DNA of 64,000 bases from Candidatus Spyradenecus sp. (lineage in GTDB: Bacteria > Verrucomicrobiota > Kiritimatiellia > RFP12 > DVOR01), in contig JAZRAG010000014.1 of NCBI GenBank assembly GCA_045634445.1, positions 15,272 to 79,271 on the forward strand. Reading direction: 5' to 3'. Within the stretch, counting starts at the first letter, position 1. Each line of letters begins with the position of its first letter. The position numbers and the translations under genes are program-made. The notes beneath the pieces are model-generated. The model made no database searches, was not told the DNA's origin, and saw nothing but the letters and a program-made list of their open reading frames with translations. Shown piece after piece: positions 59,899 through 64,000 of this stretch.

Positions 59899-60498
59899 TT
59901 AAGCAAAAGCGGCGAAGATCATTGCCATGGAGGCAGAACCTGCGTCGATTGCGCCGATGGAGCGTTCGCCAAGGTTACGAGCGCGGCCGAACTTAGCCTG
60001 CATCTGAGCGGTTGCTTCAGAGCCAGCCTTAGCAGCGGCAGCGGCAGCAGCGAACATTGCAGCTTCACCTTCATCCTTAGCAGCGAGGAGTGCTTCGGTA
60101 GCGGGCTGGAGTGCATCCATCATGGTCTTGTCGCCCTTGCGAGCCTTGGTCACGCAGCAGATTTCATCAAAACCGCCTTCGAACATTTCAGCGACTTCGT
60201 CAGCGTTGAGTTCGGTTTTGCCAGCAGCGACAGCATCAGCCATACCTTCGCACCATGCGCCATAGAGGGAAGAGGTGGAGCCCGATGCTTCGGTTTCCAA
60301 CTTTTCAGCCATGTCGGTGATGTAGGACTTAAAGTCATCGCCTTCAGCGTGGACGATTGCGTTCAAAGCAGCCACGATGGCAGTGCCGTGGTCGCCATCG
60401 CCGCCGGTAGCAGCGTCAAGTTCGGAGAAGTGCTTTTCGTTGGCATTGATTGCCACCTGAGCGTTCTTCCAGATGTTCTTGAATTGTTCAAGTGTCAT
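59899..60498 (-). CDS. dhaL: Dihydroxyacetone kinase, ADP-binding subunit DhaL
   Basis: ATGGDGDHGT motif. Confidence 0.8.
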   Translation of the reverse strand: MTLEQFKNIWKNAQVAINANEKHFSELDAATGGDGDHGTAIVAALNAIVHAEGDDFKSYITDMAEKLETEASGSTSSLYGAWCEGMADAVAAGKTELNADEVAEMFEGGFDEICCVTKARKGDKTMMDALQPATEALLAAKDEGEAAMFAAAAAAAKAGSEATAQMQAKFGRARNLGERSIGAIDAGSASMAMIFAAFA

Positions 60499-60562
60499 GG
60501 TTGGGAGTTTCCTTTATAAAAGTGGGCGTCAGGAGGCGCGAAGGCCTCCTGAACACAGGGAA

Positions 60563-61570
60563 TTAGCCATTGCAGACCCAGTAGGGTGCATTTGCCTTAG
60601 CTGCGAGGAGGGCTTCGGTTTCAGGCGTGACCTTAGCGAGGGTCATCTGGAAGCCAGCCATTTCCTGCACGGTCAAGAGTTCGGTTGCCAAGCCATTGAC
60701 AAGGGAGATGCCCATGCCCATGAGGACCTTAGCGGCTGCACGGTAGCAGATCAACATTTCCATTGCGGTGGTAGCACCAGAACCATTGATGATCAAGAGT
60801 GCGCGATCGCCAGATTCGAGCTTGGTAGCAGAAACGAGGCGTTCCACCATGATCTTAGCGGTTTCGTCAGCGGACTGAATCTTCATCACGCCGCCGCCAC
60901 CTTCACCATGCTGGCCCATGCCGATTTCCATTTCGTCATCAGCGAGAGCGCCGATTTCAGCGCCGTTCTGAGGATGGGTTGCCACCTTGAGTGCCACGGA
61001 AAGGGTTGCGAGCTGAGCGTGGAATGCTTCACCGATAGCGAGGACTTCGTCAATGGACTTGCCTGCTTCGCAAGCGGCGCCCATCACCTTCATCAAGGGG
61101 ATGCAACCGCCGAGACCGCGACGATCTTCGGGGTCAGCATCGATACCAGGAGCGATATCTTCCTGAACGATGATTTCCTTGACGTTTTCAATGCCAGCCT
61201 TTTCAGCGAGGCGGAGTGCCTTGCGAGCAGCCATGCGGTCGCCATTGTGGTTGAGCGTGAGCAAAATCACACCAGCGGGGCGCTTGAACATATCGATAGC
61301 TTCGAAGACCTTGGGGCCGCCAGGAGCAGCGAAGACGTCACCAGCGACAGCAGCGTCAGCCATACCTTCACCCACGAAACCATGCATTGCGGGTTCGTGA
61401 CCGGTACCACCAAAGCAGATGAGAGCAACTTTATCTTCTGCCTTGGGCTGCGTACGAACGACGATACGATCGTTGACAATCTTGACCTTGTCAGAGTAAG
61501 CGAGTGCGAGACCTTCGAGCATTTCTGCGGTGAGGTTCGCAGGATCATTCATGAATTTCTTCATTGGCAT
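60563..61570 (-). CDS. dhaK: Dihydroxyacetone kinase subunit DhaK
   Basis: DhaK N-terminus and substrate-binding His region (GGTGHEP). Confidence 0.85.
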   Translation of the reverse strand: MPMKKFMNDPANLTAEMLEGLALAYSDKVKIVNDRIVVRTQPKAEDKVALICFGGTGHEPAMHGFVGEGMADAAVAGDVFAAPGGPKVFEAIDMFKRPAGVILLTLNHNGDRMAARKALRLAEKAGIENVKEIIVQEDIAPGIDADPEDRRGLGGCIPLMKVMGAACEAGKSIDEVLAIGEAFHAQLATLSVALKVATHPQNGAEIGALADDEMEIGMGQHGEGGGGVMKIQSADETAKIMVERLVSATKLESGDRALLIINGSGATTAMEMLICYRAAAKVLMGMGISLVNGLATELLTVQEMAGFQMTLAKVTPETEALLAAKANAPYWVCNG

Positions 61571-61604
61571 GGGAGAGACTCCTTAATTAAAGGGTTACGA
61601 AAGA

Positions 61605-61913
61605 TTACTTAGCCTGGTAGAATTCAACGACGGTGTCGTTGTCATAGACGAAAGCGATGTAAGCATTGCCGATGTCCATCTTATTCCAGAGGATCGACTT
61701 GCCTTCAAGTGCTGCATCAATGTCTTCCACTGCGTAAGCCACGTGGGGCTGTTCCTGAATGGCTGCAGCCATCGGAGAATCGGGTTCAAAGTAGAGGAAT
61801 TCAACAGCGTACTTATCCTGGGAGGCGTCGGTAATCCACACCTTCAAGGGTTCTACGTAAATCATGTTGGGAAGCTTTTCGCCAACGATCATGCCAGTGT
61901 GCATGTACTTCAT
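61605..61913 (-). CDS. Small hypothetical protein (glyoxalase/VOC-like half-domain?)
   Basis: 102-aa ORF. PHVAYAVEDIDAA resembles a VOC motif. Confidence 0.3.
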   Translation of the reverse strand: MKYMHTGMIVGEKLPNMIYVEPLKVWITDASQDKYAVEFLYFEPDSPMAAAIQEQPHVAYAVEDIDAALEGKSILWNKMDIGNAYIAFVYDNDTVVEFYQAK

Positions 61914-61993
61914 GGTGTAACTCCTAGTTGGATTGAACTAAAATGGAAGTGAAACGGCCTAAAGCCACAAAGGTGGCATTAGGCCTCTAAACA

Positions 61994-62719
61994 TTAGAAT
62001 GCCACGTTCGGGCAGCTGAAGCGCAAGCCGTTGCCATCGTGATAGGTGGCATATTCGGAGACGATAGCGCCTTCGGGACCGCCCATCATGAAGTGCCAAG
62101 TTTCGTCCTTAGCCAAACGATGCACCTGGCCATCTGCTTCCCACTTTTCCACGTGAACGCTGTTCATGTGAGGGAGCTGGCACTTGGCGAGCATTGCCTT
62201 GACTTCGGGATACTGGTCGAGGTTGGGTTCACCCACTTCGCTGAAGCCATAGACAGAACCATAACGCACCTGCCATGCTTCGTGCTTGCACTGCAAGGGA
62301 CCCTTATCATCAGTGGTAGGCTTGTGGCAGTGTTCAGCAATCGACTGACCAGGGAGCAAGAAGATTTCGTGAGCGAAGTACTGCTTGTCACGGTTGTTTT
62401 CCCAGAAGACGCCGCCCATACCGAATGCAGCAAAGTCACCCTGAGCGAAGTCAACAGCCCAGAGGAAGCCTTCTTCTTCGGTGTAACGAGGATAGACGGG
62501 TGCACCGAGCTTCTTCATCAAATCAATGTAAGCCTGCTTACCCTTTTCAGCGTCAAACTTGCCGTTGGTGTAGAATGCGTCATTAGTCACTTGAACAATC
62601 TCCTTTGCTTCATTAGCTGTTGGGCAAGTTGCTTTACCACAGCAACCTGCAGAAAATCCCATAAATGCGACCGCCAATGCGGCCAATGCACCGAAGCGCA
62701 TCATCTTTACTGTATCCAT
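61994..62719 (-). CDS. Putative lipoprotein, cupin-like
   Basis: Signal peptide with a lipobox-like FSAGC. His/Lys/Glu cluster (HCHKP..KHEAW). Confidence 0.35.
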   Translation of the reverse strand: MDTVKMMRFGALAALAVAFMGFSAGCCGKATCPTANEAKEIVQVTNDAFYTNGKFDAEKGKQAYIDLMKKLGAPVYPRYTEEEGFLWAVDFAQGDFAAFGMGGVFWENNRDKQYFAHEIFLLPGQSIAEHCHKPTTDDKGPLQCKHEAWQVRYGSVYGFSEVGEPNLDQYPEVKAMLAKCQLPHMNSVHVEKWEADGQVHRLAKDETWHFMMGGPEGAIVSEYATYHDGNGLRFSCPNVAF

Positions 62720-62919
62720 AATCGATTCCTTTCAATCAAATCGTGACAGTTTGTCGAAAACAATAAATCACTATTGATAAGTATAGAATAAAAATGCGAA
62801 AATTTCAATAAAATTACCTTAAAAATGAAAGAAAATTGCCTAAAAAGTGAAGTTTTTTCGCTTTTTTATGAAAATAATGCAAGTTCTCCATTCACACGTT
62901 CTTCTTCCTAATTAAAAAT

Positions 62920-62955
62920 ACTGCCGCTAACGTCATCCGTCAGCGGCAGTGTGTA
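62920..62955 (-). terminator. Intrinsic terminator downstream of the glycosyltransferase gene
   Basis: CTGCCGCTGACGG-atgacg-TTAGCGGCAG followed by UAUUUUUAAUU on the minus strand. Confidence 0.5.
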
Positions 62956-62990
62956 GGTACGCCCTTTGGTGTGCGTGTACACATGAGCGA

Positions 62991-63980
62991 TTAGTCAGCA
63001 GCGCGTAAGAGCGTATCCATCTGCTTAATAATGCGCGAACGCTTAAAGGATTTATCCGAAAGACGCTTTGCATTACGACCCCACTTTTGAAGATCTGCTT
63101 CGGTGGTGGAGAAGAGGGTTTCAAAGGCTTCACGAATCGCATTGGGCGTTGGGTCACACGCTACACCTAATTCATGTTGACGAATGAGGGCTGCCGTGTC
63201 TCCTCCAATAATACCAAGCAATGGTTTGCCTGCTGCAATGTAGGCCTGGAATTTGGCGGGCAATGTCATCGCAAAGGCTTCCGTTAAGGAGATGATTAAG
63301 ACATCTGAATTCGCAAAGAGTTCAGGCATTGCACTTTGAGGTTGGCGCCCGGGCAGATAGATGTTTTGGTAGTTGTTTGCTTTGACTTGCGCGCGTAGCG
63401 GTTCTAAATTGATGCCGCCACCGACCAGATGCAATTCTGCATATTCAGGATTGAGTTGACCAAAGACATCAACCAACATCTCAAGGTTTTGCACTGCACC
63501 GAGATTCCCTGCAAAGGTAAAAATACGCTTGGGATGCGTGGTTTGCACCTTTGGGAGGTCATAGCTTTGAGCTGTCCATTGCGGGACAAAGTGAACCGTT
63601 TTCTTTGTGTAACGCGCCAATTTCTCAACAAAACTCGGCGAGCTAACCGTAATCACGCGACACGCTGCATAGATGGTGGAGACGAAGGTGTCAAGCAAGA
63701 ACGCTTTGAAACGTGTTTGCTTAAATCCATAGGCATAGACTGTGTCAGGCCAAACATCTTGTGTCCAAATCATCGTGGGCTTTTTACAGATGAAACGCAA
63801 CACAAGTGCTGCGGTTGCCATCGTTAAGGGGCCCGTATGATAGATGAAGACGCGGTCATAACGCCATCCTTTTACGAGAGCCCAGAGTGTGGTTAAAAAG
63901 GCAAAATTAAGGTAATTGAGCACCTTTTTAATTACACTTGTGTTGTACCCCAAAAGGGTTTTCACGCGATGAATGGGCAC
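62991..63980 (-). CDS. Glycosyltransferase family 4 (GT-B); N-terminus may extend beyond the window edge
   Basis: C-terminal GT4 nucleotide-sugar-binding region (E..G.P...). The ORF start lies 20 nt from the window end. Confidence 0.55.
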   Translation of the reverse strand: MPIHRVKTLLGYNTSVIKKVLNYLNFAFLTTLWALVKGWRYDRVFIYHTGPLTMATAALVLRFICKKPTMIWTQDVWPDTVYAYGFKQTRFKAFLLDTFVSTIYAACRVITVSSPSFVEKLARYTKKTVHFVPQWTAQSYDLPKVQTTHPKRIFTFAGNLGAVQNLEMLVDVFGQLNPEYAELHLVGGGINLEPLRAQVKANNYQNIYLPGRQPQSAMPELFANSDVLIISLTEAFAMTLPAKFQAYIAAGKPLLGIIGGDTAALIRQHELGVACDPTPNAIREAFETLFSTTEADLQKWGRNAKRLSDKSFKRSRIIKQMDTLLRAAD

Positions 63981-64000
63981 ATTGGGGAAGTCGTGCGTGG

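Overview
This 64-kb window looks like a chromosomal region from a Gram-negative, possibly PVC-type bacterium with about 50% GC. Housekeeping genes are tightly packed on both strands. The only accessory island is a complete type II-C CRISPR-Cas locus at about 13.3-20.3 kb.

The locus consists of cas9 (1228 aa), cas1, cas2, and a 28-repeat array with a 36-bp repeat and 29-30-bp spacers. There is no csn2 or cas4. From the sequence I infer three things about it. (1) A tracrRNA gene lies divergently, immediately upstream of cas9. It has 13/13 nt complementary to the 5' end of the crRNA repeat, a Neisseria-like AAGGC...GCCGCA nexus, and an intrinsic terminator. (2) The array is most likely transcribed antisense to the cas genes, from an extended -10 promoter (TGATACAAT) embedded in every repeat, as in Neisseria and Campylobacter II-C systems. 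A strong minus-strand terminator sits between the array and cas2. (3) The locus is flanked by inverted copies of a modular GC-hairpin/CA-tract repeat element. A third, longer copy of that element lies in the mraZ-sulP intergenic region.

Other content:
- Left edge: a partial sulfatase plus a CBM9-like protein.
- An nfeD-SPFH-rnc-methyltransferase-PD40/CXXCH operon.
- A truncated division/cell-wall cluster (mraZ-rsmH-ftsL-ftsI) with MraZ-box-like operator repeats.
- sulP.
- purA-uppS, an M42 peptidase, nadC-coaX, a ThiI-like protein, and coaB.
- A cluster of PKL-kinase, corA, a DUF protein, an FHA protein, a PEGA protein, tatD and an rmlD-like reductase.
- An NYN/zinc-ribbon protein, dapF-rsmE, zupT, and mlaEFD with a repeat-rich MlaD.
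- rsmD, pdxA, a murC-murB fusion, yicC, an Fe-ADH, uvrA, epmA, gdhA, an aldolase-dhaL-dhaK operon, and a GT4 glycosyltransferase at the right edge.

No transposase or integrase genes, tRNA genes or rRNA genes were seen.
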